Source of the DNA: Batkoa obscura
Taxonomy: Eukaryota
Direction: 5' to 3'
Assembly: GCA_030770535.1 (NCBI GenBank)
Contig: JASVEC010000029.1
Coordinates: 620,001 to 684,000 of the forward strand
DNA length: 64,000 nucleotides
Under the pieces are notes generated by a model. It was given only the letters and a program-made list of their open reading frames with translations. It searched no databases and was not told the origin of the DNA. The translations under genes and the position numbers were made by a program. Of this stretch, positions 26,189 through 39,455 are shown piece after piece; positions within the stretch are counted from its first letter, which is position 1, and each line of letters opens with the position of its first letter.

Positions 26189-27948
26189 ATGGCATCAGCA
26201 ATATTTGTATTAGATTTAAAAGGAAAGATATTAATATCTAGGAATTATCGAGGGGATATACCATTGAGTGCGGTAGAAAAGTTTATGCCATTGTTATTAG
26301 CAAGTGAAGAAGAAGATAATGTATCACCTGTTTTAAGTTGTGACGGCATCCACTACCTTTATATTCGTCATAATAACTTATATCTATTAGCTATCACTAA
26401 AAAGAACTCGAATGCTTGTACTATTCTTTTGTTTTTACATCGTTTGACAAAGGTGAGTTGTATTGATTATTGGTTATAATTTATTTAGTTTTATTTTTAA
26501 AAAAGGTATTCACCGAATATTTTAAATCCCTCGAAGAAGAGTCCATCCGAGATAATTTTGTGATTATTTATGAGCTATTGGATGAGATGATGGATTTTGG
26601 TTACCCACAAACTACTGAAACTAAAATTCTTAAAGAGTATGTTTTTTATTCTTTTTATATTACATAATAACTTATGTTTATTTTTAGATATATTACTCAA
26701 GAAAGTCATAAACTTGAAAGTGAAGTTAAAGTACCTAAAGCAGCTACCAATGCAGTATCTTGGAGAGCTGAAAATATAAAATATCGTAAAAATGAATGCT
26801 TCCTTGATGTCGTTGAACAAGTTAATTTATTGGTAATAGATAATGGCATAAGATACTAATAGTAATAATAATAATAACAAAATTGATTTAGGTAAATATA
26901 AATGGTAATGTATTACAAAGTGAAGTACTTGGAGCACTTAAAGTACGCTGTTATTTATCTGGTATGCCAGAATTAAAACTTGGTTTAAACGATAAAGTGA
27001 TGTTTGGACTTACTGGAAGAAGTAAAAATTAATTTTTAAGATTTTTAAGATTTTATTAAATTTTAATTATAGATAATAGTAAATCTGTTGAAATGGAAGA
27101 TGTTAAATTTCATCAATGTGTCCGTTTATCTAAGTTTGAATCAGACCGTACAATCTCGTTTATTCCTCCAGATGGTGAGTTTGAGCTTATGAGTTATCGT
27201 TTAAATGCTCAGGTAAATTAATATATCTACATTGATAACATGGATCTTAATTTAATTTAGGTTAAACCTTTAATTTGGTGTGAAACTGTTATAGAAACAT
27301 ACACTTCATCTAAAATTGAGTATCTTGTTAAGGTAATTTATAAAATATTAAAAAGCGGATGATTTATATTAATTATTAAAGGCAAAAGCACAATTTAAAA
27401 AAAGGTCGACTGCCAATAATGTCGAAATACATGTACCTGTACCAAATGATGCTGATACTCCTAAATTTAAAGTAATAATTTACTCTCATTATATAATTTA
27501 GTTTAAAATTGACAAATTGTAGACTACCATTGGTTCTGTTTCTTATGCACCAGAAAAATCTGCATTTGTTTGGAAGATTAAACAATTCCAAGGTGGACGT
27601 GATTTTGTATTAAGAGCTTCATTTGGGTTACCTAGTGTTAAAACAGGTATTTTTAATAATGATACATAATTAGGACAATTAAATTATTGTTTAATTAGAA
27701 GAGATTGATAAAAAGAGAGCGATTTCGGTTAAATTTGAAATTCCGTATTTTACAACTTCCGGAATTCAAGTACGTTACCTTAAAGTAGTTGAAAAATCAG
27801 GATATCAAGCTATGCCATGGGTACGTTATATTACCCAAAATGGAGGTAAGATTTAATTACATTGTTATAGAAAGGATTAATATTAAACATTAAATTAGAT
27901 TACCATTTAAGAGCCCCAGATATTAGTGCACCACCAGCAAGAAATTAA
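26189..27948 (+). CDS. APM1: AP-1 adaptor complex mu subunit (multi-exon)
   Basis: [86 protein letters not shown]. Confidence 0.96.
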
Positions 27949-28539
27949 GAAAAGAAATATTATTGTTATTATTTTTAGTTAAAATTAAACTATTAAACAA
28001 ATAATATTTGTTGGTTTTATTGTTTATTGTATTCGTTGTAGCGATTAATATATTAGTATACCTCAATATACAAATAAAAAGATATAAGATTTGTGAAATA
28101 TTCTTAATATTATCTAAATTTAGTGAACAATTATTATATGAAGAATAGTTGAAAAAGTAGATAAATGGTCGAGTTGTGTTAAATATAAGCTATGCTAATG
28201 AAGTCAAATTGTTGTCTAGTATATTCCAATATTCAATATACATTCTTTATGTTATGATTATTAAATTATTCCAAAATTAATTTCTAATAACAAAAATTAA
28301 TTGACAATACAAAAAATTTAATATAAAAAAATTAAAATTAATATAGTAAATTAGCTTGTTTCAAATTTAACTTTAAGTCAGAAACAAAGTTTAAGATGAA
28401 CCAATTAAAATATAATCAAAATATAATGATTTTAATTTAGTTTTATTTAAAGCAACTCCAAATTTCCCCTGAAATTTAAAATTATATAAAATCAACAATA
28501 AATTATTATTTACCTATATTATTTTTTTGTTTATTTTAA

Positions 28540-29091
28540 ATGAAATTTTTATTATTATTAAACCTAATTTATTGTTTTGTTTCTACTTTCTTTATTTCAA
28601 TAAACGCTCATGCGTTCCCTAATGATTTACTCTCAAATACGAATAATAATGGTCTCCCTGATAATTTAAATAACCCAGTAGTAAGCTCTACTTCCACTGA
28701 TATTATCACAAGTCCCATAGCCAGTAGTAGTATTTCAACTCCAGCTTTAGCCCCTACCCCAAACCCAACTCCCAACCCTACCTTAATCCCTACCTCAACC
28801 CCTCCAACTTCAGATATACTATCTACTCCAACTGCAATACCAGGAAGTAAAACAACAAGTAATAAACCTTTAGTTCCAAATACTCAAAGCAAAAGTTCAA
28901 AGCTAACTACCTCCACTTTGGATTTAACTTCTTTTGTTACTACTTCCCCTACAATTGTAGTTACTTCAACTAAATACTCAACAAAATCACCAACATCTCA
29001 AACATATAATAATTCTTCAAATGCTACTAGTTTTAGTTATTGTATGAATTATTGGTTTGTTTTGGGGTTGATTTATTTATTAAATTTTTAA
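28540..29091 (+). CDS. Secreted Ser/Thr/Pro-rich cell-surface protein, likely GPI-anchored
   Basis: Signal peptide, PTPNPTPNPT and S/T-rich body, SSNA plus hydrophobic C-terminus. Confidence 0.75.
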   Translation: MKFLLLLNLIYCFVSTFFISINAHAFPNDLLSNTNNNGLPDNLNNPVVSSTSTDIITSPIASSSISTPALAPTPNPTPNPTLIPTSTPPTSDILSTPTAIPGSKTTSNKPLVPNTQSKSSKLTTSTLDLTSFVTTSPTIVVTSTKYSTKSPTSQTYNNSSNATSFSYCMNYWFVLGLIYLLNF

Positions 29092-29164
29092 TATTTTTTG
29101 ATATTTTTTTGCAGAATTTATGAATGAGATTTTATTTTTTATTTTATATTTTTTTTAAAATCTA

Positions 29165-29632
29165 ATGTCAAGGTTTATCAATTTCAATAGTATACGACAA
29201 TACGCTAGTATTAATAAAGAAAAACTAAAAGATGTACCCGATTTTAAAACTGTATAAATTATCTATCTTAAATTGGATACATTACTTACCTTTTTATTTT
29301 TAAAGTTTTTAACTCGTAGCAAAGTGATTCAATTTTATAGATCTAGTTTAAGGACAATATCAAGTAATACTTTATCTTATATAAAATAATTGATAACTTA
29401 GCTCCATTTTTATAGAAGTAAAAAACGAGCATGATAGGATTTATTTGAAGCAATGGTTAAGAAGTGATATTGAAAGATATCGTTCAGTTACTGACTTGGT
29501 AGATTTCTATTTCTATTTCTATTAAATAATACTAATTTGAATAAATAGAAAAGAATCGATGAATTATTATCTCAAGGACATGCTCAATTAAGAACATTAA
29601 ATAAGTCTTTATCGCTTTCTGGTAACACATAA
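29165..29632 (+). CDS. LYRM2: LYR-motif protein, LYRM2-like; not in ORF track
   Basis: Four exons: FLTRSKVIQFYRSSLRTISKVKNEHDRIYLKQWLRSDIERYRSVTDLKRIDELLSQGHAQLRTLNKSLSLS. Confidence 0.8.
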
Positions 29633-30249
29633 ACAATAAAGAAAAAAATTATTTACAAGTAGTAATAGGGATAATACTAATTTTATTAAGGTCTTAATGG
29701 CTATTATGAATTGCTTTTATTTAAATAAGTTGTTGTTATTTGTTAAGTATAATAAACTACTAAAAAAGTAGGGATAGAAGAATATATATATTTAATAAAT
29801 AAATTTCATTCTATTATTATTTAAATACGGATTTTAGAAAATTTAATTAGAATCGGGAAAATTACTAAAATTAAAATTCTATTAAGGGTTTGATGTTGAA
29901 CTATACCCTCAAATTATATTTTTATGTTTGTAAATAATACAATACTTATCATATAAATATTATCTATCTATACTGTATTATCTATATTAAATATAAAATA
30001 ACACAACATTAACTAAAAATCATAAATATACACATACAACTCCGATATAAATAGGGGTTTGATTTGTACTTTGATTATTTCCAAGTTAGGAAGCGAAGGA
30101 TAAAATAAATTTACTTAAAATTAAGCGAAAACTGAAGGTGCATAATTATTCCAGCTACAAATTTAGAATCATTTCCATTATAAAAGTAAGCCCTTCATTT
30201 TATTTTATTTTTTTATTGAGATTTTATAAATAAAAAACATTAAAATTCA

Positions 30250-32860
30250 ATGAAGTTTTCACATACCGTTCAATTCAATGCTGTACCAGAATGGAGGAAT
30301 TATTATATTGCGTAAATTTTATTTTTTCGAGTTCAATATTTTTTATATTAATATATAACCATTCATTTAGTTATTCTAACTTAAAAAAATTAATCTATCA
30401 AATTGAAAAAGATTTGTTTTCACGTTCAAGTCCCACTGGAGAATGTAATGAATTAGATGAAACATGTACCTTATTAGGAGCGAATACCATAGCGAATAAA
30501 AGTTTTATGCCCGCTTTAGATGAAGAGTTAAAAAAGATTATTAATTTTTATACAAAAAAAGAAACAGATCTTTATACTAGTGTTGAGAAATTATGTCATA
30601 AAGCTTTTATATTAGAAAGTCGATGTAATGATATTGATTCTTCTCATCTTATTGAAGAAGTTATAGGTACTCAGCAAAGTAATTCCCCTGATCTAATTGA
30701 TATTGAATCAGAAGGTGCTATTCTACAATCGAGTGTATTAACTGGTTCTCCTAGTAATTCGGATTTAAAACCAAGTCCATTAAATCGAAGTAATAACAAG
30801 AATCTTAAACATCGTTCCATTTCGTTTTATGAAACACCAAAGAAAGATGCCAATATTCTTAACTCAATAGAAAGAAGATTATCAACTGGAGGTAATGATA
30901 AAATGAACATGGATATTTCATTTGAAGAAGAAGCCATTGTATTAACTAAAAAGGTGATTGAACATTTTGTATTATTAACGGAACTTAAAAATTATGTGGT
31001 GTTAAATTATACAGGATTTAGTAAAATATTGAAAAAATATGATAAGGTAACTGGGGTATCAATTACCAAACGTTATTTGAATGAAACTGTATTAGCTTCT
31101 TATCCTTATTTAGAATCCACTAAAAATAAATTGGATGATCAAATTGTTCGTATACAAACAATTTATGCTACTTTACGTAATATTGATCAACAGCATGCTT
31201 TTGAAGAATTAAAATCTCATTTACGTGAGCATTTGGTTTGGGAACGTAATACCGTTTGGAGAGATATGGTATCTTTAGAACGTAAAGCACATTCCGTTGG
31301 TTTAAAACAATTATCCTTTCCAAAATCAATACCACAAACTACTTCCACTCAAATCAAAGCAAGTAGTTTATTTAACTTCACTTTCACCGATGGCATGCAA
31401 AATTTACTATTATTTTTAATATTTTTTGTGTTTTTTATAATATTAATCAATTACTCCCCATTTTCAGAACGTGAACCAGCTAATTGTTTTGCTTTATTGA
31501 TTTTTGCTTCCCTTTTATGGGCTTCAGAAATTATACCTTTATTTGTTACTGCTTTATTAATCCCGTTTTTAATTGTAGTTTTGAAAATTTTAAAAGAAGA
31601 TGATGGAAATCGACGACTTACTGCTCCTGAAGCTACCCATGAAATCTTTGCTTCCATGTTTTCACCGGTGATTATGCTATTATTAGGTGGTTTTTCATTA
31701 GCTTCAGCATTATCGAAACATCATATAGCTAAAAAAATGGCCTCAGCAGTTTTATCTTATGCTGGTTCTGAACCTTCTAAAGTGTTATTGGCTAATATGA
31801 TGGTAGCTACTTTTGCTAGTATGTGGATTTCTAATGTAGCTGCTCCAGTCTTATGTTTTTCATTAATTCAACCATTATTAAGAACATTGCCAAGTAAAAG
31901 TCCTTATGCTAGAAGCTTAATTATGGGAATTGCATTAGCTTCTAATATTGGTGGTATGGCATCCCCTATATCATCACCTCAAAATATAATTGCTATTAGT
32001 AATATGGATCCAGCTCCTACTTGGTTACAATGGTTTGCTATTTCTATACCTATTTGTTTAGTTGGAAATATATTGGTTTGGTCAGCTTTGTTATTGATTT
32101 ATAAGCCTAGTAATTATAATTTAACTTTAAATCAAATTCGATATACACCTGAAAAATTTAATAATACTCAATTATTTGTTTGTTTTGTGACTTTATTTAC
32201 AATTATATTATGGTGTTTAGCTCATCAATTAGAATCTATTATTGGTGATATGGGAGTAATTGCTATAATACCTTTAGTATTATTTTTTGGTACAGGGATT
32301 TTATCCAAAGATGATTTTAATAATTTTTTATGGACAGTTATTATATTAGCTATGGGTGGTATTGCTTTAGGTAAAGGAGTTAAATCTTCTGGATTATTAC
32401 ATATTATATCTATTAATGTTAAACAATTAATATTAAATTTTAATTTATTCCAAATTATGGCTATTATGTGTTTCTTTGTACTTTGTATAACTACTTTTAT
32501 TTCACATACTGTGGGGGCAGTCATTATCTTTCCAATTATTGCTCAAATTGGGACTACCCTTCCAGATCCTCATCCTAGGTTACTTGTTATGGTAAAATAT
32601 TATATTAATTTATTTTAGTTTTAGGAATTTCAATAATTAATATATATATTGTTTAGAGTTCAGCTTTAATGTGTTCTTCAGCAATGGGTTTACCAGTTTC
32701 TGGGTTTCCTAATATGAATGCTATTATGATGGAAGATGAAACAGGCACTCGATATTTAAGTGTTAAAGATTTTTTAAAAGCTGGTATCCCATCTTCTATT
32801 TTACTTTATGGGGTTATTATTTCATTAGGTTATGGTATTTTATTAGCTTTAGGATTTTAA
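30250..32860 (+). CDS. PHO91: SPX-domain low-affinity phosphate transporter (Pho87/90/91 family)
   Basis: True start MKFSHTVQFNAVPEWRNYYIAYSNLKK (intron after YIA), LNYTGFSKILKKYDK, VWERNTVWRDM, SMWISNVAAP, SPISSPQN, SGFPN. Confidence 0.92.
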
Positions 32861-33115
32861 TATATATATATTAAAAATATATAATATAAATTACATAAAT
32901 TATATATATCAAAAAGTTTAATTTTAATATTTGATTTCTAAATATTTTTTAATCAATAAATAATATGAGGAAAGTGTGTTTTTTTAGGAAAAGAAAGAAT
33001 ATAGTTTATATATTATTATCATTAATATAGAGAATAATAATATTTACAATAAATAAAAATAGAAAATAAATTAGGTATCTACAGTTTAAACACACACTTG
33101 AACAATCAACATTAA

Positions 33116-33935
33116 TCAAGAAGGAAATTGAGAAGGCGAAGAAAAGGAAGGGTGATCTAGTAATAAAGATCTTAATGAAGGTCTTCTTTTTGAATTATTT
33201 TTCATTGTAGAAGCTGACGAAAAAGATCTAGTTAAAGATCTTGGCGAAGAATTTAAAGAATAATTAAATTCCCCATTTAAATTTTTATCCATAAAAATAT
33301 TATCAATTTCTTCCATTCCTGGAATTTCAGTAGAAATATTAATTCGATAATCAATACCTTCAAGTTTAGGTAATTTGGGTGCTTCAGAATAGGATAATTG
33401 AGAGGTTTCTTGATTCAATTGGGATTTCATTGAAGTTGCGGTAATGTTATTGTTATTACTACTTTCATGTGTACGAAATACATTAGAGATCCATTTAGAT
33501 AATATAACATTTGAGGGTTTAGGCGAAGAAGATGCAATTTGACTTAATCTATCTTTGGCGTTTAATGGTTTTTGTTTATCTCTACTAGCAGTAGTATTTG
33601 TTATTCCTTCACTTGATTTTTTTAATGATTTTAAATTTGCTAATGATAAAGTTGTCCTTAATGAAAATGCTTTCTTTTTATTAGTAATTTCTGAATTTAT
33701 AGAATTATTAGTTATATTAGTTATATTGGTTATGTTGGTTACACTACCATCACTTGAACCTGAATGAATTGGACTCATTGCTTCTGATAAGGATTGTGGG
33801 GGTTGTCGATAAGCTTTTGATGTAGCAAAATGTACTTTTGATATAGCACCTGCAATTAAAGATGAATTGTTGTTAATGGAATTGAAATTCTCTTCTGGAT
33901 TAAGGGAAGTAGAAGAATGATTATTATTATTATTA

Positions 33936-33976
<41 letters not shown>

Positions 33977-35109
33977 AAAATAAGGTGAATTTGAATTGAA
34001 TGATTTTATGCTTTGATTATCTTTAAAATTATTCCAACTATTGTTTTCTAATGGCAAATCTAAACTAGAACGAGGTTTAAAATCATTGGTTATTACTTCC
34101 GATAAAAATGAGTGTTGTTGTTGATAATCATAATGATAAGAATTAGGTCGAATTATTCGCTGTTTATAAGTTAGTTTATATAAATTCGGATAATTATGCG
34201 GATTAATATTTAGTTGTATTGAATTATTATCTTGATTATTATTACTATTATTATTATTAAAATATAAATCATCTAATTGTTGTTTCACTTGATGTAAACT
34301 AATAAATACTTGAGTTAAATAAAATTTTGTTTTCGCTACTTCTTGATGTAGTAAAGAGATAGCTATATATTTATTAAATATAAAAAAATATAAAAATTAG
34401 TATTATTATAATAAATAAAGTTAAATAATATAATATTACATGATATTAATTGAGTTTGATAATTATTGACATCTTTTTTTAATTTATTTGTTACTTTACT
34501 ATAATTTTGGGCCATCATATCCACTTTTTTAATATTTGATATTACTAATGCCTAATTGTTTGTTACTCTTTTAATAAAATAAATAATAATAATAAATTAA
34601 TAACTTACTTGTTCATGTATTATATTTCTCACATTAGAATATATCCTTTGTTGAATAATGGCTAATTGTATGGATAATATGGCATCTGGTACTTCATCTA
34701 AAAATATATAATATATATCAATAATTTAAATTATAGTTTACATGTTCAACTTACCATTTAAAGAATTTAATATATATCTATAACTATTTACATTATTATT
34801 TGTTTTATTTGGTATTATCTAATAAATCATATAATAATAAAATAAATCAAAATCAATTAAATTACCTTTTTTAAATTATTTAATTTAATTAGTAAACCAT
34901 CCTTTTCTTCACTATTGTTATTACTCCATTCATTTACTAAAATTATACCCTATTATTTTAAAATTTTATTAGTGGAATTTTCTTTTTTAAAATAAAACTT
35001 AATTTGCATTTACTTTTTCCATTTTATTATGATCTTCCGCTTGTTCTTCTATTATAGTATTAAAATTAGGTAATCGAAAATTGGACGAAGTGACAAGGAA
35101 TGTATTCAT
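33116..35109 (-). CDS. Hypothetical Asn/Ser-rich protein (several small 5' exons, long final exon with poly-Asn)
   Basis: 390-codon open final exon; upstream GT-AG-bounded exons; no family recognised. Confidence 0.55.
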
Positions 35110-35738
35110 ATTGTAATATTTTCTTAGATTCTACTAACAACTTATAAAAATAATTAAATTTAAAAAAAACAAAGAAATAAAAAAAAGACTATTAATTTCA
35201 TTAATTTAATTTGAGTTTATTTAACTTTTTAGTGACTTGGGTTTGACTTATTTTTTAAAATGTTGTCATATCACGCCTGAATTAGAATTGGAATACCTTT
35301 TATTGGTTGATCTCAAGTCAATTAATGTCATTAATAGAAAATTACTGTTTATAGTGGATTTTTTTAGTAACTGATAATTTATATCCGATGTTTTATAATT
35401 GTATATTTATTGTATGTTGGATTTTCGAGTTTAAAAGGAAAATACTGAATAATAGTATAATATTATTATTATTATTATCATTAAAATAAAACTTCTTTTT
35501 TAAACTTTTTATAGTTATTATGACTTTTTGTTTTGTGTTAATTGTTACATTAAAATAAATTTCTGTTATTTAAAAATTTAAATAATAAATTCTTATTACA
35601 TAATAGGCAATTGAATTAATAGAAAAAAAGCATAAGTCAATGCCACGTTATTGGATGGAGCTATAGTGTAAAACTAAAATTTAAAATTTTTAAATACTAA
35701 TTGATTTAAACTTGAGTAAAGTATCTAATCCAAAGACA

Positions 35739-37383
35739 ATGATAAGCAATAGTGAAAAGAAATTAAAATATTTTGACGCGTTTCCAAAGATCAAAGAAGA
35801 ATATCAATTTAAAACTAAAACTGGTGGCTTGTTTACCTTTATTGTTGTTATTATATTGTTTTATTTAACTATATTTGAAATCAATAACTTTATTCATTTA
35901 AAACAAAGTTATGAATTTATTGTAGATCGAGATTTAGGTCATAATGATTTACAAATTAATGTTGATATTACGATTGGGATGCCATGTAATTGTAAGCCCA
36001 TTTAAAAAATATATATTTTATTGAATATTAAATTGGGGTTTAGATTTAAATGTGGATGTTCATGACGCTTCAGGGAATTCAATTCATATGCAAAATCAAA
36101 TTCAAACATATCCAGTATCGTTATTATTATTATCTAACTATTTTTATAATATTAATTATAACTATTATAGGTTCATTTTAATTTAGGAAAAGCAAAGATA
36201 TTACAGTAAGAAATTTAAAATCATGTTGTTACTAGAACAATAAATATTAAATTAAATAATAGAGATAATCAACAACTTGAACAATATATTGGTTATTTAG
36301 TTGAACAAGGACAATATTATCAAGATCAAGAATTTGAAAAAAGTGGAGTTGAAAGTAAGAAATTAAAGTTTGTTTTAGTTTATTAATTATTAATATTAAT
36401 TTGTTTTAATTTAGCACAAATTATTGATTCTTGTAGGGTTAGTGGTTCATTTCAAGTTAAAAAGGTAAACTTTTATTATTATTTTATATTCGTTTAATGT
36501 TATTTATTTATATTATTGTTATTATTATTATAGGTTCAAGGTAACTTTCATATAACTCCACAAGGTCATGGCCATGGTGGTATGCATGTTCCACATAATG
36601 GTAAATTATTATTATTATTATTATTATTATGTTCTATTATTTATTATTCTATTATTCTATTATTCTATTATTCTATTATTCTATTATTCTATTATTTATT
36701 ATTTATTTTAGCATTTAATTTTACTCATCGAATTGATAAATTTTCCTTTGGTAAACATTATCCACTATTAGTTAATCCATTAGATAATGTTTATTCAATT
36801 TCAAAAAATAGTAATATTGATTTATTTCTATTTTATTTTATTTTATTTTATTTTATTTAGCTATGGATATATTTCAGTATTATATTTCAGTAGTAAGTTT
36901 ATTTATTAATATAAGTTATTAGTAATATTTTATTTATTTATTAGGTTCCTACTATTTATATTGGTAATTAATTATATTATATTATATTATATTCATATAT
37001 ATTATATTATATTCATATATATTAGTATATATTATTAATTCATATTTTAGATAATTATGATCAAGCTTTAATAACTAATCAATATGCTGTACTTGATCAT
37101 CGTTCCGATATTCAATCTATTAGTTCATCAACACAAGGTAATAATAATAACATTATAATATTATAATATTATAATATTTAATAATTTATTTAATTAAATA
37201 TAATATTATTTAGGATTATTTTTTCAATATAATATTGAGCCCATTTTAGTTAAAATTACTGAAAAAAGAGAATCAATAATTAAATTTTTAATACGATTGA
37301 GTGGTATTATTGGTGGAATTTTTGTATGTGTTGGATTTTTACATCAATGTTTTGAATTTTTACTTTCTTTTTTAAAAAAATAA
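35739..37383 (+). CDS. ERV41: ER-Golgi cargo receptor Erv41/ERGIC2 (11 exons)
   Basis: LKYFDAFPK, INVDITIGMPC, CRVSGSFQVKKVQGNFHI, NFTHRIDKFSFG, FQYYISVVPTIY, GLFFQYNIEPI; all junctions keep frame. Confidence 0.9.
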
Positions 37384-37469
37384 ACTTTCTTCATTTCTTA
37401 TTAAGTTTTTAAATTCAATTCAATTCAATTCAATATTGTTTTTATTAGTTATTATTATATAAATTGATA

Positions 37470-38561
37470 ATGGGAAGAAAACATCAATTAAAAAATAAAG
37501 TTAAATATTATGAAAAACAAATTCAAATTCAAAAACAATATGAATATGAATTTAATAATAAAATACAAAACAAAGATAAACAAGAGTATACAGTTAATGA
37601 AAGTTTACAATTATTAAGAAATAAAAGTAAAAATAAAAAGAAACTAAATAATATACATTCATGGGAAGAAATTATTAATAATAATTTTAATAATATTAAT
37701 ATTAATATTAATAATAGTTATTATTATAATAATAATTTTGATACTTTTAATAATAATAATAGTATAAATTATCAATCATTAATTGCTGGACCATCAGCTC
37801 CTAACTCATGGTTAAGTAATTCATATTCAATCTCTAATAATCAACTATTTAATATCAATAATAATAATAATAATAATAGTTTATATAATGAAATAATTAA
37901 TTTAATAAATAATAATATTTATTATACAATTATAATAATAAAAAATTATCAAAAATTAACGTTAAAAATACAACAACAATTACTACCAATAATTTTATCA
38001 AAATTAAATAATCCCAATAATTTATTATTAAATTTACATCATAATAATTATTATTTATTAGATTTTACCTTATGTAATATTAATTCAAATACATTAATTC
38101 AATTTTTAGGTAAAAAAATAGACAATAATCAACAAACTAATAAAATATTAGAGGATTGGGAAGATTATGAAGAATATGAAAATATAAATTATATGAAATA
38201 TTTATATTGTATTAAATTAAACTATTGTTTAAAAATAGATATTAAATTAATACAACATTTAAGTATACATTATAATCAATTAACTCATTTAGAATTTAAA
38301 AATACATTAAATAATTTACCTATTCATTTGATAAATAATTTAATTAATTTATTATCAGATAAATTTATTAAATTAAAATATTTAAATTTAATTAATAATC
38401 AATGGAATAATATAAATAATAATAATTTAATAATATTAAATAAATTAAATAATAATATTAATTCATTTCCAAGTTTAATTTTATTATTATTATTTGATAA
38501 TAATAATCAAGAAACAATAATTAATAATCGAAAAAAGATAAAAATAATATATCAAATATAA
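37470..38561 (+). CDS. Hypothetical Asn/Ile/Leu-rich protein with LRR-like C-terminus
   Basis: About 363 open codons in extremely AT-rich DNA; islands AGPSAPNSW and EDWEDY; LTHLEF and LKYLNL segments. Confidence 0.6.
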   Translation: MGRKHQLKNKVKYYEKQIQIQKQYEYEFNNKIQNKDKQEYTVNESLQLLRNKSKNKKKLNNIHSWEEIINNNFNNINININNSYYYNNNFDTFNNNNSINYQSLIAGPSAPNSWLSNSYSISNNQLFNINNNNNNNSLYNEIINLINNNIYYTIIIIKNYQKLTLKIQQQLLPIILSKLNNPNNLLLNLHHNNYYLLDFTLCNINSNTLIQFLGKKIDNNQQTNKILEDWEDYEEYENINYMKYLYCIKLNYCLKIDIKLIQHLSIHYNQLTHLEFKNTLNNLPIHLINNLINLLSDKFIKLKYLNLINNQWNNINNNNLIILNKLNNNINSFPSLILLLLFDNNNQETIINNRKKIKIIYQI

Positions 38562-38594
38562 TTATTATCTTAATTCTATTAATAATATCAATAT

Positions 38595-39455
38595 TTAATA
38601 AACAAATTCTGGATTGGACTTTTTAACAACTTCAGCAATATAATTCAAGAAATAATTGACTTTAGTATAAACACCAGGATAAATATTACTACCACATTTA
38701 ATACCATAAGAAACAATACCCGTAATAATAGGTACATTAAAATTATCTAATAAAATTGGACCACCTGAATCTCCTTCACATGCATCTTTACCTTTTAAAT
38801 CACCAGCACAAAATTGACTATCTTTATTTATATTTATTTTTTTATTATTAAATATTTCATTACATTGCTGATTATTAATTAAAGGTAAACTAACTTGCAT
38901 TAATTTATTTGCAGGTTCACCTTCTTCTGAAGTTAAACCCCAACCTATAACTTTTAATTGAATATTATTATAATTATTTAAAACATCCCTAATATCATAT
39001 AATACACCCGCTTTTTGTTCAAATGGCTTATTAATTTTCCATAAAGATATATCATTTTTGGCTCTTTTTTTATCAAATTTAGGATGAACATGTACTTCGA
39101 TTATATCATAAATTATAGCTCCTTCATTTTCAGGTAAAACTTGTTGATTATATCGATTTAATACTGCTTTCCATTCCGTTATTTGATTTTGTTCAGGTGC
39201 ACAATGAGCTGCTGTTAATACCATATTACCATGAATTAAAGTACCTGCACATGAATGAGAACCATTTTCAGTTAAAGAAACCAAAAAGGAAGAATATTCT
39301 TTAGAATCTTTAACTTCTTCTCCACCAACTATTCGGAAGTTACGCTTTTTTCCACTTGAATTAAAAGTAGTTGAATCATTATTGTTAGTTGGTATTGAAA
39401 TTACTTCACTAACCAGAGTGAAGCTTATTAATGTTAAAATGGTTTTAAATTGCAT
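38595..39455 (-). CDS. Secreted trypsin-like serine protease (S1A)
   Basis: Signal peptide, R-IVGG, TAAHC, NDISLW, DACEGDSGGP; intronless. Confidence 0.96.
   Translation of the reverse strand: MQFKTILTLISFTLVSEVISIPTNNNDSTTFNSSGKKRNFRIVGGEEVKDSKEYSSFLVSLTENGSHSCAGTLIHGNMVLTAAHCAPEQNQITEWKAVLNRYNQQVLPENEGAIIYDIIEVHVHPKFDKKRAKNDISLWKINKPFEQKAGVLYDIRDVLNNYNNIQLKVIGWGLTSEEGEPANKLMQVSLPLINNQQCNEIFNNKKININKDSQFCAGDLKGKDACEGDSGGPILLDNFNVPIITGIVSYGIKCGSNIYPGVYTKVNYFLNYIAEVVKKSNPEFVY

Noticed and set aside
30291..30370. ORF-track N-terminus MEELLYC for the phosphate transporter
   Set aside because: It reads through an intron; the conserved SPX start MKFS begins at 30250.
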